Shown here: positions 23,489-24,000 of the stretch, one piece after another
Position numbering within the stretch: the stretch's first letter is position 1
Layout: the number at the start of each line of letters is the position of its first letter
NCBI GenBank assembly: GCA_023391075.1
Contig: JAEWBQ010000004.1
Coordinates: 60,379-84,378 of the forward strand
Direction of reading: 5' to 3'
Origin: Candidatus Parcubacteria bacterium
GTDB taxonomy: Bacteria > Patescibacteriota > Saccharimonadia > Saccharimonadales > Saccharimonadaceae
Length of the DNA: 24,000 nucleotides
Notes under the pieces: model-generated
Seen by the model: only the letters and a program-made list of their open reading frames with translations
Database searches by the model: none
What the model was told of the DNA's origin: nothing
Translations under genes and position numbers: made by a program

Positions 23489-23517
23489 ATTATATCACAA
23501 AAACTGGTATTTGTCTA
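23489..23517 (-). promoter_or_regulatory. Putative promoter TAGACA-N17-TATAAT with TGA extended -10 for the lipoprotein
   Basis: -10 23489-23494, -35 23512-23517 (minus). Confidence 0.65.
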
Positions 23518-23532
23518 TAACCAGGCACAAAT

Positions 23533-23550
23533 AAAAAACGCCCGAAGGCG
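23533..23550 (-). terminator. UUCG-tetraloop terminator after the rsmD-like gene
   Basis: Minus strand CGCC-TTCG-GGCG-TTTTTT. Confidence 0.8.
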
Positions 23551-23562
23551 CCTGGACTTTCT

Positions 23563-24000
23563 CTACTCTTCTCGGCGGTAGAAGGTGAGGTGTGCGTTTC
23601 CATAACTACGATTGTCCACCACAACAACTCCGGTTTTGGTCGGTACCTCACCCCTACCTGGGTGTGATAATATCATAAGCCCATTGGGTTTGAGTAGCCC
23701 TAAGAGCTTCTGCGCTGTGGAAAACTGAGGATCATGATACGGCGGATCGGCGAAAATAAGGTCAAATTGCGAGCTGCCAGCAGTCTCAATCCAGTTTGCA
23801 ACAGTAGTACGAATCAGAGTCGTTTCGTCTTCACAATTTAGTGTTGTAATATTTGCAGCGAGTACTTTTTGAGCGATGCGGTCACGTTCGATAAACGTCG
23901 CGTGACGCGCCCCGCGACTCAGCGCTTCGAGTCCCAGTGCGCCTGTACCAGCAAAAGCATCTAGCACCTCGGCTCCATCCACGAACCCAGCCAGACTGTT
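23563..24000 (-). CDS. rsmD: RsmD-like 16S rRNA methyltransferase, 5' part outside the window
   Basis: VLDAFAGTGALGLEALSRGA (SAM-binding) and FDLIFADPPYHD (DPPY) as in RsmD; frame appears to extend past the window end. Confidence 0.85.
   Translation of the reverse strand, partial: NSLAGFVDGAEVLDAFAGTGALGLEALSRGARHATFIERDRIAQKVLAANITTLNCEDETTLIRTTVANWIETAGSSQFDLIFADPPYHDPQFSTAQKLLGLLKPNGLMILSHPGRGEVPTKTGVVVVDNRSYGNAHLTFYRREE

Noticed and set aside
1-24000. CRISPR array, integrase/transposase, restriction-modification, retron, toxin-antitoxin or other defence system
   Set aside because: No regularly spaced direct repeats and no hallmark protein motifs were seen in the supplied frames. The tRNA-Leu palindrome was considered as an attachment site, but no integrase gene is nearby.

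Overview
The window looks like a chromosomal segment of a candidate-phyla bacterium. Candidatus Saccharibacteria/TM7-like is my inference from gene content and protein flavour. Most genes are on the minus strand. Recognisable core genes are rpoB-rpoC, rpsL-rpsG, clpP, tig, hisS, an rsmD-like gene cut by the window end, a TrmH/SpoU methyltransferase and two tRNA-Leu genes. Other genes encode two SPW-type membrane proteins flanking a Crp/Fnr regulator, a PP2C-like phosphatase, a SemiSWEET/PQ-loop protein, a type IV pilin-like protein, a GlcD-like FAD oxidase, a Gly/His-rich lipoprotein and several orphan small proteins. The observations I rate highest are: (1) RpoC appears to have lost the cysteines of both canonical beta' zinc sites; (2) a perfect CIRCE operator overlaps the clpP promoter; (3) a compact array of five orphan small genes lies between rpoC and rpsL, organised as four short transcription units each ending in a nested or branched hairpin; (4) several genes have a -10 box 6-12 nt before the start codon and no Shine-Dalgarno, suggesting leaderless mRNAs; (5) a perfect 44-nt palindrome merges the 3' end of a tRNA-Leu with its putative terminator. 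No CRISPR array, transposon, toxin-antitoxin pair or recognisable defence system was found. All promoter and terminator calls are by eye.
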